From a virus, in IMG/VR virus record IMGVR_UViG_3300008107_007821, positions 7,461 through 71,460 of that record: 64,000 nt of DNA, one strand, 5' to 3'. Position 1 is the first letter of the stretch; every line of letters begins with the position of its first letter. A program made the translations under genes and the position numbers. Under the pieces are notes generated by a model that was not told where the DNA came from, made no database searches, and worked only from the letters and a program-made list of their open reading frames with translations. Shown here piece after piece: positions 39,404 to 48,066 of this stretch.

Positions 39404-39437
39404 TATTTATCATAACACTTCTTCAGAGTCCTGTCAA
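39404..39437 (-). promoter_or_regulatory. Composite psbA promoter (sigma70-like plus overlapping late element)
   Basis: TTGACA-17 nt-TATGAT running directly into ATAAATA. Confidence 0.75.
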
Positions 39438-39475
39438 GGGGTTTAAACTAAATACTTAAAACTGCTTTCCCACAA

Positions 39476-39667
39476 ATGCCAAGGGAATGGAATACTCCCA
39501 TCAGGGAACCTTGGAATGCACCTATCCATAATACTCTTAAAGCAATAGACAATCACACTCAAGAGTACTTCAAGAGTGGCAATAAATGGCATCTAGAAAA
39601 AGCAGATATGTTAAGACAATACTTAAGGGAACTCAAGGATTTCATACATAAACAAGAAGGAAGATGA
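39476..39667 (+). CDS. Small hypothetical protein
   Basis: 63 aa, WNTPIREPWNAPIH...WH..KA..LR.Y; CTAAATA late motif upstream. Confidence 0.7.
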   Translation: MPREWNTPIREPWNAPIHNTLKAIDNHTQEYFKSGNKWHLEKADMLRQYLRELKDFIHKQEGR

Positions 39668-39831
39668 AAAAGATTTTTCTTATTGGACTATTGATTATAA
39701 GACTCATCACTAATGAAGGAGTATTTCTCAATGCCAGAAGAATCCCACCAAAAAGACAATTCCCAGAACTCATCAGATTCATCAGAAGACCAGCAAAAAG
39801 AGGCAGGAAAAAAGGTAAGTTTATTAAGTAA
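39664..39831 (+). CDS. Small hydrophobic-then-basic peptide (55 aa; not in track), overlapping the next ORF
   Basis: ATGA coupling to the upstream stop; MKKIFLIGLLIIRLITNEG...RRPAKRGRKKGKFIK*. Confidence 0.45.
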   Translation: MKKIFLIGLLIIRLITNEGVFLNARRIPPKRQFPELIRFIRRPAKRGRKKGKFIK

Positions 39832-40051
39832 CCTGATAGTAGCAATTTGTATTACTACTGTTTGTTATGTTGGAGTTACATTTTTAAACTGCAACTTTCT
39901 AATTCCAGGTTCTATGGAAAGAGCAGATGCATTAGGTGGATTAAAAAATCCTCCTCCTTTGGATTGTAAAGAATCCGAAAGAAGAGGATATGATGCCTTA
40001 TTTACTTTATTTACTGCACTACTTGGACTAAAAGCAAAGATGGAAGATTAA
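39713..40051 (+). CDS. Two-TM membrane protein (holin-like candidate)
   Basis: LLSNLIVAICITTVCYVGVTFL and ALFTLFTALLGL hydrophobic segments. Confidence 0.6.
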   Translation: MKEYFSMPEESHQKDNSQNSSDSSEDQQKEAGKKVSLLSNLIVAICITTVCYVGVTFLNCNFLIPGSMERADALGGLKNPPPLDCKESERRGYDALFTLFTALLGLKAKMED

Positions 40052-40641
40052 ATATTTTCTACAATACTATCTCTCCACTCTTCACTCATATTCACCATAA
40101 TGGATTCTGCTGCTTCTGGTGTTTCAGCATATCCTTCATCAAGTAAGTGTGAGAGGATGATATCATAGATGTCTACTTGTTCATTTCTTGGATTTGGACC
40201 TTTCCACTGGTCAGTTTTTCCCCCTCTGGTTCTCTTATCATCTTTACGAATTGGAGACTGATAAAGATTTGATTTTTCATCAGATGCTCCTGGTTTAGGA
40301 GTTCCTCTAGTTCTTCTCAACTGACCAATAGTTTGCTTTTTACCTTTATCAGTTCTTATTGGTAAATCACTAAACTTGTGAGTTGATTTATCTTTTTTCT
40401 TTGAAGCACTGGATTGTTCATCATCAACAGATTTCATAGCACCATATCTAGCATAATCTTTATCTGTTGGAGATTTTTTAAGATCTTCTACACCAGTTCT
40501 TTCTCTCTTTGCTCTATTCTTTTCTGCTGGTGTATGCCCACTTTGAAGTGGATTTTTAGGGTCATTCCAAGGAACTTTGCCTTCACCCATAACAACTTCC
40601 ATATATGCTTCTTGAAGATTGCGAAGTTCTCGTGTGTCCAT
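40048..40641 (-). CDS. Putative internal head protein
   Basis: L.NLQEAY.EV N-terminus, basic middle, DIYDIILSHLLDEGYA...IM.NMSEEW C-terminal domain; TATAAATA upstream. Confidence 0.6.
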   Translation of the reverse strand: MDTRELRNLQEAYMEVVMGEGKVPWNDPKNPLQSGHTPAEKNRAKRERTGVEDLKKSPTDKDYARYGAMKSVDDEQSSASKKKDKSTHKFSDLPIRTDKGKKQTIGQLRRTRGTPKPGASDEKSNLYQSPIRKDDKRTRGGKTDQWKGPNPRNEQVDIYDIILSHLLDEGYAETPEAAESIMVNMSEEWRDSIVENI

Positions 40642-40665
40642 TTTTATGAATACTTTTTTAAGTAT

Positions 40666-41286
40666 TTATAGTTTAAACAAGTTCCCTTCTGCTTTTCTTC
40701 TTCTTGCTAGACCTGCCTCAACATTAGTACCAGGATTTCTATAAAGATACAAAGCATCAGGAACTTTATCCCATTCCTTGTTCTTCAAGACCCTTGTAAT
40801 AGTATTGAAGTTAGAAGCACCATAAAAACCTGCACCAAGATTATATGCAAAAGAAAGTAAAGCCCCTCTTTGGTTGTCATTCATCTCACTCCAGTAAGGT
40901 ATTTTTTGCAGTGAAGGAAGAAACTCTCTTCTGAGTTGAAAATATAAAAGGTCATCTGCCTCATCTTGAGTAATGGTATTTCCAATCATAAAACGAGTTC
41001 CATCCTTTCTTCTGGTAGAACCCCATCCAATTGTAATAGGTAATCCACCAGTAAGAGGGTCATAGTATGCTCTTAAATGACAACCTTCAAATTCTTTAAT
41101 TAGTTCTACACCTGGAATTGGGAGACCATCCAATGTTGGTTCTACTTTTTCATTACGATATCTTCTAGCAAACTCATCAAGTATTTCTTTATGAACTGAT
41201 GACTGAAGAAATGCCCAGGCATCATTTTGATGAGGCAAACCTTTATGATTTTCAGCAGCATCAATAAATTTAATAGTCATATTCAA
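40666..41286 (-). CDS. Lysozyme/endolysin (GH24)
   Basis: LIKEFEG...AYYD......TIGWG, ALLSFAYNLG, GL.RRR.AE. Confidence 0.92.
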   Translation of the reverse strand: MNMTIKFIDAAENHKGLPHQNDAWAFLQSSVHKEILDEFARRYRNEKVEPTLDGLPIPGVELIKEFEGCHLRAYYDPLTGGLPITIGWGSTRRKDGTRFMIGNTITQDEADDLLYFQLRREFLPSLQKIPYWSEMNDNQRGALLSFAYNLGAGFYGASNFNTITRVLKNKEWDKVPDALYLYRNPGTNVEAGLARRRKAEGNLFKL

Positions 41287-41804
41287 CCTTCTTGGAAGAC
41301 AGAAACATAGACTGTACCAGTTTTAGTCAGAGGAAGAACTTTGTCTCTCAAATCTTGATTGTGCATTCTTACACATCCATGAGTGGAATATAGAGGTTGC
41401 TTTGCTGCCCAAGCACCAGGCCAACCACAAGCAGAACCACCACCATGAATCATAATTCCAGCACGACCATACTTTGCTTCTTGACCTTCAAGTTCAACAA
41501 GGTCAAAACTATACCAACCAAATGCCATTACATCTCTAGAGTATGGGGGATTTGAGTTGCGTTCATAATCTTTATAGATTGTTCCAATCTTATAAAGACC
41601 TGGAGGAGTATCAGTATTAGTGAATTTAAATTCAAAATCACTACCCTGACCTCTTGCTAATGCTGGAAGTTCCCAAAGAAGTTTTCCAGTGAAATCATAT
41701 GCCTTTGCAGTTTCTGAAATATCATTCACAATGATATGAGTATCACCTTGTTTAAATCCAAAGTCTTGTGGTTTCTTTTTTGGTCCGATCATCTTATTCC
41801 CCAT
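41283..41804 (-). CDS. L,D-transpeptidase (YkuD-like)
   Basis: TPPG.Y, IMIHGG...STHGCVRM. Confidence 0.85.
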   Translation of the reverse strand: MGNKMIGPKKKPQDFGFKQGDTHIIVNDISETAKAYDFTGKLLWELPALARGQGSDFEFKFTNTDTPPGLYKIGTIYKDYERNSNPPYSRDVMAFGWYSFDLVELEGQEAKYGRAGIMIHGGGSACGWPGAWAAKQPLYSTHGCVRMHNQDLRDKVLPLTKTGTVYVSVFQEG

Positions 41805-41816
41805 TTAAAAAATTAT

Positions 41817-41978
41817 TTAGACTCTATACTCATCTATCTTGTCTAATATTTTATTCAAATACTTATGAGCAATTCCTTTTGGATCCGATGTCCAAGAAAC
41901 ATTCTCATAATATAATTCATTTTTAATTTTTAAAATATCACACTTAATACTATCTTTAGTAAGTTGCCCTCTTGGCAT
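41817..41978 (-). CDS. Small hypothetical protein (53 aa; not in track)
   Basis: MPRGQLTKD...K..AHKYLNKILDKIDEYRV*; late motif upstream. Confidence 0.6.
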   Translation of the reverse strand: MPRGQLTKDSIKCDILKIKNELYYENVSWTSDPKGIAHKYLNKILDKIDEYRV

Positions 41979-41983
41979 AATAC

Positions 41984-42016
41984 AAAAAAACTCTGCTCAA
42001 TATTTAGAGCAGAGTT
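41984..42016 (-). terminator. Terminator with a late-promoter motif in its loop
   Basis: AACTCTGCTC/GAGCAGAGTT stem, loop TAAATATT, T-run. Confidence 0.75.
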
Positions 42017-42036
42017 AAGTATGATTACTTATTATT

Positions 42037-42564
42037 TCAAACTTGTGCTGTTTCCCTGACAGTTGATTTCACATAATCCAAAACTGCTTCTGGAGTAGTT
42101 GCAACATAAGGATCTTCTGGTGCATTGTCTCTCTTTCCAGGTTCTTCAAAGAGTTTTTCAATAACTCCATTATCTACCACAGCAGCATATCTCCAAGAAC
42201 GCTCACCAAAACCAAGATTGGTCTTGGTAACGAGTTGACCCATAGAACGAGTGAAGTAAGCATTGCCATCTGGAATAAGTTTTACATTCTTGATGTTCTG
42301 ATCTTGTGCCCAGGCATTCATCACAAACCCATCATTAACAGAGATGCAGTAAATATAGTCGATGCCACTACCAATAAAGTCTTCATATTTCTCTTCGAAT
42401 CCAGGTAACTGATAGGCACTGCAAGTAGGAGTGAAAGCACCAGGGAGACTAAAAATGACCACACGTTTTCCATTAAAGAGTTCAGAAGAAGTACGAGTTA
42501 TAAACTCACCATTCTCACGAAAAATAAATTCTACTTGTGGGATTTGATATTGCTCTTTACGCAT
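42037..42564 (-). CDS. Peroxiredoxin (PRX5/type II)
   Basis: LPGAFTPTCS, SVNDGFVMNAW, PDGN..FT, RSWRYA; MRKEQ start with GGAGG RBS preferred. Confidence 0.93.
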   Translation of the reverse strand: MRKEQYQIPQVEFIFRENGEFITRTSSELFNGKRVVIFSLPGAFTPTCSAYQLPGFEEKYEDFIGSGIDYIYCISVNDGFVMNAWAQDQNIKNVKLIPDGNAYFTRSMGQLVTKTNLGFGERSWRYAAVVDNGVIEKLFEEPGKRDNAPEDPYVATTPEAVLDYVKSTVRETAQV

Positions 42565-42575
42565 AGTAACCTCCA

Positions 42576-42683
42576 TCACCAAATTCCAGGAATAATTTGA
42601 CCAGTTACTGCATAAGATCCAATAGCAGCAACAATGCCAATCATTGCAGCCCAACCATTAATACGTTCAGCTCTTTCGTTCAT
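42576..42683 (-). CDS. hli: High-light-inducible protein (35 aa; not in track)
   Basis: MNERAERINGWAAMIGIVAAIGSYAVTGQIIPGIW*. Confidence 0.93.
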   Translation of the reverse strand: MNERAERINGWAAMIGIVAAIGSYAVTGQIIPGIW

Positions 42684-42943
42684 TGTTTTTCTCCTTGATA
42701 AGAATGTTTTTGTTTAAGTTCAGGGTTTGGTTGTGAAGGAACAATAGGGTTCCTTGATTTATTTTTAATTACGATGAAAGCATCATTTTGATAGGTCACT
42801 GTTCCAAATGGTTTTGCCCATTTAGGGTTTGCATTTGGGTGAGTAGCAGTCCCTGTAACTGCTACACCACCTATCTCAACTGTGATGTCATCATCTTTAT
42901 CCCATCCAAGTGTTTCAAGAGCAATAGCAAATTGCCCCAACAT
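42680..42943 (-). CDS. Hypothetical protein
   Basis: MLGQFAIAL..LGW...V.IGG...DAFIVIKN; stop overlaps the hli ATG; start uncertain. Confidence 0.6.
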   Translation of the reverse strand: MLGQFAIALETLGWDKDDDITVEIGGVAVTGTATHPNANPKWAKPFGTVTYQNDAFIVIKNKSRNPIVPSQPNPELKQKHSYQGEKQ

Positions 42944-42954
42944 ACCAGCACTGC

Positions 42955-43245
42955 TCACAGATTCTCTTCCTGTTCGGTCAGGATCACACAATCGCTGGTG
43001 GGGTATGCTACACAAGTCAGGACCCAACCATCAGCAAGTTGATCATCATCAAGGAAAGATTGTTCTTCATTATCTACGGTGCCAGAGATGAGTTTTCCTG
43101 CACAAGCTGAACAAGCACCTGCTTTACATGAAGAAGGAAGGTCAACACCTGCTTCTTCTGCTGCTTCAAGAATGTATTGGTCATCTTGGCATTCAATTGT
43201 AGTTTCAGTGCCATCAGGGGATTGAAGTGTAACTTTAAATGTCAT
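42955..43245 (-). CDS. petF: Plant-type [2Fe-2S] ferredoxin
   Basis: [13 protein letters not shown]...Q.FLDDDQ...VLTCVAYP. Confidence 0.96.
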   Translation of the reverse strand: MTFKVTLQSPDGTETTIECQDDQYILEAAEEAGVDLPSSCKAGACSACAGKLISGTVDNEEQSFLDDDQLADGWVLTCVAYPTSDCVILTEQEENL

Positions 43246-43331
43246 CAGTAAGTTTCAGAAAGTTGTTCTACAGCATAACCCAGAATCACAAAAAATGCAA
43301 CTGCTGTGATTGTCCAAACTGCCTCAATCAT
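43245..43331 (-). CDS. 28-aa single-TM peptide (not in track)
   Basis: [28 protein letters not shown]; TGATG overlaps at both ends. Confidence 0.6.
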   Translation of the reverse strand: MIEAVWTITAVAFFVILGYAVEQLSETY

Positions 43332-43540
43332 CAGATGACTCCGAAGAAGAGTTTACCAGTGCTAGCATAAGAAACAATAGCAGCAATAAAACCGAGCATT
43401 GCCCAACGCCCATTCATCTTCTCCGCTTTCTCTGCATAAGGTTCAATCCCATAACGATCAAGATCCTCCTTTGTCATGTACATTGAAGGCTCTTTTGCCC
43501 ACATATTCATTTGACCAAATTCATTTTTGGTTACAGTCAT
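43331..43540 (-). CDS. hli: High-light-inducible protein
   Basis: N.WAKEP.MY...AEKMNGRWAMLGF. Confidence 0.93.
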   Translation of the reverse strand: MTVTKNEFGQMNMWAKEPSMYMTKEDLDRYGIEPYAEKAEKMNGRWAMLGFIAAIVSYASTGKLFFGVI

Positions 43541-43567
43541 TGTACTTTTGTATCAAATTGTTACAAC

Positions 43568-43623
43568 AGTATATAGCAAAGAGTGCCCTATGTCAAGGGC
43601 ACTCTGTAAGTATTTATACTTAC
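43568..43623 (-). promoter_or_regulatory. hli-cluster promoters inside inverted repeats
   Basis: TTGACA-17 nt-TATACT with -35 in the loop of AGAGTGCCCT/AGGGCACTCT; TATAAATA inside the GTAAGTAT-TT-ATACTTAC palindrome. Confidence 0.7.
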
Positions 43624-43638
43624 TTGTGTCAGGATTTA

Positions 43639-44421
43639 CTAACCCACCAAAGGTTCCCAGAACCCATAGAAGTCATAATCTAAGAGATTTTTAGTATCCA
43701 ACTCAGGAGGTCTGTTCTTCCAGAAGTTTAAAACACCCTCTACATTATTCTTATGAAAGATTTCTACATGATCTTGATGTATTCCAGAACTAAAATCATA
43801 TCTATAAGTAAACAAAGGCATTGAATATGTTCTACCTGAATTATAGATTACTTCCTCAGATGCTGCCCTTGGTTTTAAATTTTGATCCAGTCTAAACTTG
43901 TTTCCTCTGATATGATGCTTAACTATTTTCTCTGCATGATGCCTTGTAATAACATAGAAGGCAGCACAGAAATCATTAATCAATCTTGGGTGCAGGTTTG
44001 CTCTAAGGTTTTTTGTGCTGGTAATTGCACACTGTAATACATCCCAATCAAAAGGAACAGATCCCATAAATCCAGACCAAGTAAATGGCCAGTAAGGGAC
44101 CGTATCAAATACAATATCATCTTCACATATAATAATATGATCTAAACTAGTCTCTTCATAAAAATATTTAATTGCTTTCAAATGAGACATTGTACAAGCA
44201 AGTTCTCCAGGAGTTATAAGTTCTGGCCATTTACCAACTAAAAACTCACTTACATCATTGTTTCCTCTGCCATCAATGGCAGAAATCCTTGTGTTCTCTA
44301 TACCATAAAAGTTAAACAGATCATTCATATGTTGTTGTCTGTCAACTTCAGTATCCAAATTAATCCAGAGAATTGGACCAATTCCATTAAGTTTCTTTTT
44401 TATTGTAGATGTGTCAGTCAT
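43639..44421 (-). CDS. Glycosyltransferase family 25
   Basis: WINLD....R, RISAIDG, GELACTMSH, ICEDD. Confidence 0.85.
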   Translation of the reverse strand: MTDTSTIKKKLNGIGPILWINLDTEVDRQQHMNDLFNFYGIENTRISAIDGRGNNDVSEFLVGKWPELITPGELACTMSHLKAIKYFYEETSLDHIIICEDDIVFDTVPYWPFTWSGFMGSVPFDWDVLQCAITSTKNLRANLHPRLINDFCAAFYVITRHHAEKIVKHHIRGNKFRLDQNLKPRAASEEVIYNSGRTYSMPLFTYRYDFSSGIHQDHVEIFHKNNVEGVLNFWKNRPPELDTKNLLDYDFYGFWEPLVG

Positions 44422-44422
44422 T

Positions 44423-45115
44423 TTATCTATTACTATATTGAATGATTAAATCTCTATAATTATCTAACTGATTATCGTTTTCATCAAATGGTTCTCCTAT
44501 GAAAGCATAATCATCAAGTTCCCTATTTCTATTAATAGGAATTGATTTACCTTCAAAATTAACAAATTGATCATTGATAAATGCATGATCCTTAGCAACT
44601 GGATAAATGCATTCTTTTAAAAACCATTGATCTACTTCTCTAACATCTGCCCATTTGCTAGTTTTAAAATATTCAGTCATAGAGTCTTGTATATTTTCAA
44701 CAAATCCTCCAACACATCCCCACATACCTGCATTAATTACCCATGTATGTCCCCAAGGATGTTCTCTAATAATGTGGAATGGACTTCCAGATTCAATCCA
44801 TTGATTAACAGAACAAACATCCCTTTCAAAAAGTCTAGAGTCACAATCTCTAGAAATAAAATACTCAATAGAATTATCTTGTGCAGGAAGAAACCTCCAA
44901 AGAGAATTTCTTGGACCTTCTTCAACTTCCATATTAATTAACTTAACTTTATTTTTACTAAGAGAAGTTAACGTTTGATCAGGAACAGAATCATTATGAT
45001 AAACCCACATTTCCCAATCAGGAAAAAATTTTGCATAAAGTTCAGAGTTTTTAATAGCTCCAACATTATACTTTGGAGAATCTCCATACAATGAAAAGGA
45101 AATAACTTTTGTCAT
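44423..45115 (-). CDS. Putative glycosyltransferase-like protein
   Basis: VISFSLYG, WRFLP, SRDCDSR (DxD), FHIIREH, AGMWG, DQWFL. Confidence 0.6.
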   Translation of the reverse strand: MTKVISFSLYGDSPKYNVGAIKNSELYAKFFPDWEMWVYHNDSVPDQTLTSLSKNKVKLINMEVEEGPRNSLWRFLPAQDNSIEYFISRDCDSRLFERDVCSVNQWIESGSPFHIIREHPWGHTWVINAGMWGCVGGFVENIQDSMTEYFKTSKWADVREVDQWFLKECIYPVAKDHAFINDQFVNFEGKSIPINRNRELDDYAFIGEPFDENDNQLDNYRDLIIQYSNR

Positions 45116-45759
45116 GGTTTACCCCACTGTGGATATCTATGATGCTTCAGAAAAGTATAGTCTACGTTTACTTTTTCAATATCAGAATAACTATTCCTTT
45201 GCCATGTTAAGTGGGGAATAATTACATATGCATTAATTTCTTTATGAGACTCTGCATAATGAACATCACAAGGTTTTGTAATATCAATTAGTTTATCAAT
45301 AAATTTATCAAATACCTTATTATTAAAAGCAACTGAGTGTGCTGCTAAAGTATACTCACACTTATAAACATGTTCAGAAACCTGCTGAAGATTCATTCCA
45401 TGGAAATGCTGCCCCCCAAGATATAACATATCCCAATCGGAAGGAACCTCTTTGATATATTGATCAAATAGTTCATTAACATTTTCATCAAATTGAATAT
45501 CATCTTCTAACAAAAGAAAAGTATCAAGACCTAATTGTTTGGCGTATTTGATACAGAAAAACTGAGAAAGAGCACATCCTACAGCACCCTCTTTAATCTC
45601 TGGAGGGAAGTCAAGATTCAACTTAGACCCCTCAATTCCAGGAACTCTTTCTACATTAAATGAATGCTTTGCAAATTCTTTCTGTGCTTCTTCCCATCTA
45701 TCTGGTCTTGAGTCTAAGTTAATACAAAAAGTTCTATCAAAATAATCAGTTAAAGTCAT
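45112..45759 (-). CDS. Glycosyltransferase family 25
   Basis: CINLD.RPDRW, GAVGCALS, LLEDD, DWDMLYLG. Confidence 0.85.
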   Translation of the reverse strand: MTLTDYFDRTFCINLDSRPDRWEEAQKEFAKHSFNVERVPGIEGSKLNLDFPPEIKEGAVGCALSQFFCIKYAKQLGLDTFLLLEDDIQFDENVNELFDQYIKEVPSDWDMLYLGGQHFHGMNLQQVSEHVYKCEYTLAAHSVAFNNKVFDKFIDKLIDITKPCDVHYAESHKEINAYVIIPHLTWQRNSYSDIEKVNVDYTFLKHHRYPQWGKP

Positions 45760-46556
45760 AGTGTTTCCCACCCATTACAATAAAGATCTGAAGTATCATG
45801 ATCCATCAAAGAAGATCCAAACCAAGTTTTAGGAGCAATAACTTTTTCACTTTTTGCCAACCAAGCACCCCACCAACTGAATGAACTATTTGCAATGATA
45901 TGATACTTACACATAGTCATAAAGCACATATCATGCTCAGCTGAATTAGATTGAGATATAAAAAATCTGTTAGGATCAAATACACTTTGCTTCATACACC
46001 AATCAATATCATCAGTGAATATTAACACAGGAACATTAGGAAGTTTTTTCAATGATTCAATGTAATACTCAATTGGAGGAACTGGATGAAATGTCTGAAG
46101 GTGCAAGTAATCACTTCTTCTAATATGCAAAGAAATTAATTCAGTAGTTCCTATTTCATTGGTAATAATATCTTCACAAGATTTTACAATATTATCCCCA
46201 AAAGTAAAATCTTTCCTAATCTCATCTTCAATATGTTTGAAGTACTTTTCCGATTGGAAGTATCCATAAAGATCTGTGTTATCATCACAAGTGTTAAACA
46301 GATCCTCATCAAAATGAAACCCAGATTCTTTTACTATAGTATTATCTGGAATACCTTGAGGATATTTACTAATGTCAAAAGCAGTGTAAATGTTTGTTGG
46401 ACAATTTTTTACATTTAGATCACTAACACCAAATACATTTTTTGGGGGAATACAAAAATCAAATCCTCTATTAGCAGCAATGCCCCTTAAGGAAGCATAC
46501 TGAAACATTTGATTGCCAAGTCTTCCTAAATTTCCCAGACTATTAAATGATATCAT
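45756..46556 (-). CDS. Glycosyltransferase family 11 (alpha-1,2-fucosyl/colitosyltransferase)
   Basis: GRLGNQMFQYA, GYFQSEKYF, HIRRSDY, IIANSSFSWWGAWL. Confidence 0.92.
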   Translation of the reverse strand: MISFNSLGNLGRLGNQMFQYASLRGIAANRGFDFCIPPKNVFGVSDLNVKNCPTNIYTAFDISKYPQGIPDNTIVKESGFHFDEDLFNTCDDNTDLYGYFQSEKYFKHIEDEIRKDFTFGDNIVKSCEDIITNEIGTTELISLHIRRSDYLHLQTFHPVPPIEYYIESLKKLPNVPVLIFTDDIDWCMKQSVFDPNRFFISQSNSAEHDMCFMTMCKYHIIANSSFSWWGAWLAKSEKVIAPKTWFGSSLMDHDTSDLYCNGWETL

Positions 46557-47356
46557 TGTAGATAATTAATGTAAATAAAGTCTTCAAGAACTTCAATTTT
46601 TTTTACTCTTTCCAGATTGTCTTTTATAGCATCTAATTTACTTTGATAAATCTCCTCTGACACTTCAAATTCTTCACTCAATTGAATGATTCCATCTTTG
46701 TTAAAATGGTCTGCAATGTCAGGAGATCCCAAATAAACAGGGATAGTACCAGTAGCAAAACAATCAAGAATCTTCTCTGTGTAGTATGACTCATAAATTC
46801 CATTTTCAATTACTACTGAGAACATATAATCACAAAGACCTTGTTCTTTATTTACAATTTCATTAAATCCTCTACCATAAAGATCTACTTGATCTCCAAT
46901 TCTTTCTACCCACTTAATCCTATTCTTTTGACCTTCAGTGAAAGATTTATTAGATGAAATCATAGAAATCATCTTAGTCTTTTCATATAATTTTGGTTCT
47001 TTAATCCAAAATCCTTGAGCAGGACACCACTTAAATCTAGGATCTAAAGAAAAAAGTTCTTTATCATGTGTAAAAATATATTTAAATACATTAAAGTATT
47101 CTTCTAAATTTGATTTGATCCTTTCAGATATTCCAGGAATAACAAATTTAGACTCTAGAATCCATGCATATTTAGTTCCACTTATTCCATCTGTAAATGC
47201 TTGATCTATAGTCTGATCTACATAAAAAGTTTCATCTGCAGAAAAATCAGATACCCATTCTATGTGCTTAGACTCTTTCCCATGAACTGAGTATCCCATA
47301 TTTCCGCCAGTAAGATGGGTAAAACAATTATCTACTAAATTAAATTTACTTTTCAT
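46553..47356 (-). CDS. GT10-like glycosyltransferase
   Basis: YMFSVVIEN.....YYTEKILDCF..GTIPVY.G. Confidence 0.78.
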   Translation of the reverse strand: MKSKFNLVDNCFTHLTGGNMGYSVHGKESKHIEWVSDFSADETFYVDQTIDQAFTDGISGTKYAWILESKFVIPGISERIKSNLEEYFNVFKYIFTHDKELFSLDPRFKWCPAQGFWIKEPKLYEKTKMISMISSNKSFTEGQKNRIKWVERIGDQVDLYGRGFNEIVNKEQGLCDYMFSVVIENGIYESYYTEKILDCFATGTIPVYLGSPDIADHFNKDGIIQLSEEFEVSEEIYQSKLDAIKDNLERVKKIEVLEDFIYINYLQ

Positions 47357-48066
47357 AAAAATTCTATAGTGCTTGGTAATTGATTTTGTTCATATAAACT
47401 TGCATTATTTTTAAAAACTTCTTCATCATCATTATAATGCATAGCCACCTTATCTGTAAACAAGGAACAAACTTTAATATTGCGAAGATCTTTTACTTTG
47501 TATCCAAATTTATATGCTCGATAAGCCATATCTGCATCTGCATAATAATATTTGTATTCATTATTATACATTCCAATTCTTTTAAATATTTTTTTTTTAT
47601 ACAACCCATAATTCATAACAATAGATTTTTCATCTATTTTAGTATTATTTAAAAGACACCATCCATTATCATCAAAAGTAAGTCCACTTAACCAATTTGG
47701 GTCTTCTATAGATTCATATGATCCATACTTCCAATTAAATAAGTATACATCATATTCCTCTTCTACACTATCAATAACTTCTTGCCAATCATTTGCCAAA
47801 ATAACATCATCATTCCACTGACAAACAATATCATATTTTGCATTTTTAATAGCAAGATTCATAAAGTGTGGATAACTACTTCTACATCCAACTTCTATTA
47901 ATTTAATTTGGGAATTGTTTTCTTCTTTAATATATTCTATTGTTCCATCAGTACTTCCACCATCAACTAAAACTAATTCCAAATTTGGATTAGTTTCAAC
48001 TGTATTTTCTATTAATTTTTGAAGTAATGGTCCTCTATTTAAAGTTCCAGTAATAATACTAATCAT
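47353..48066 (-). CDS. Glycosyltransferase family 2
   Basis: ISII..T.NR, LVDGGSTDGT, WNDD, YADADM. Confidence 0.85.
   Translation of the reverse strand: MISIITGTLNRGPLLQKLIENTVETNPNLELVLVDGGSTDGTIEYIKEENNSQIKLIEVGCRSSYPHFMNLAIKNAKYDIVCQWNDDVILANDWQEVIDSVEEEYDVYLFNWKYGSYESIEDPNWLSGLTFDDNGWCLLNNTKIDEKSIVMNYGLYKKKIFKRIGMYNNEYKYYYADADMAYRAYKFGYKVKDLRNIKVCSLFTDKVAMHYNDDEEVFKNNASLYEQNQLPSTIEFL

Noticed and set aside
43550-43619. NtcA boxes upstream of hli
   Set aside because: One has a 9-nt spacer; the other is explained by the palindrome around the late promoter.
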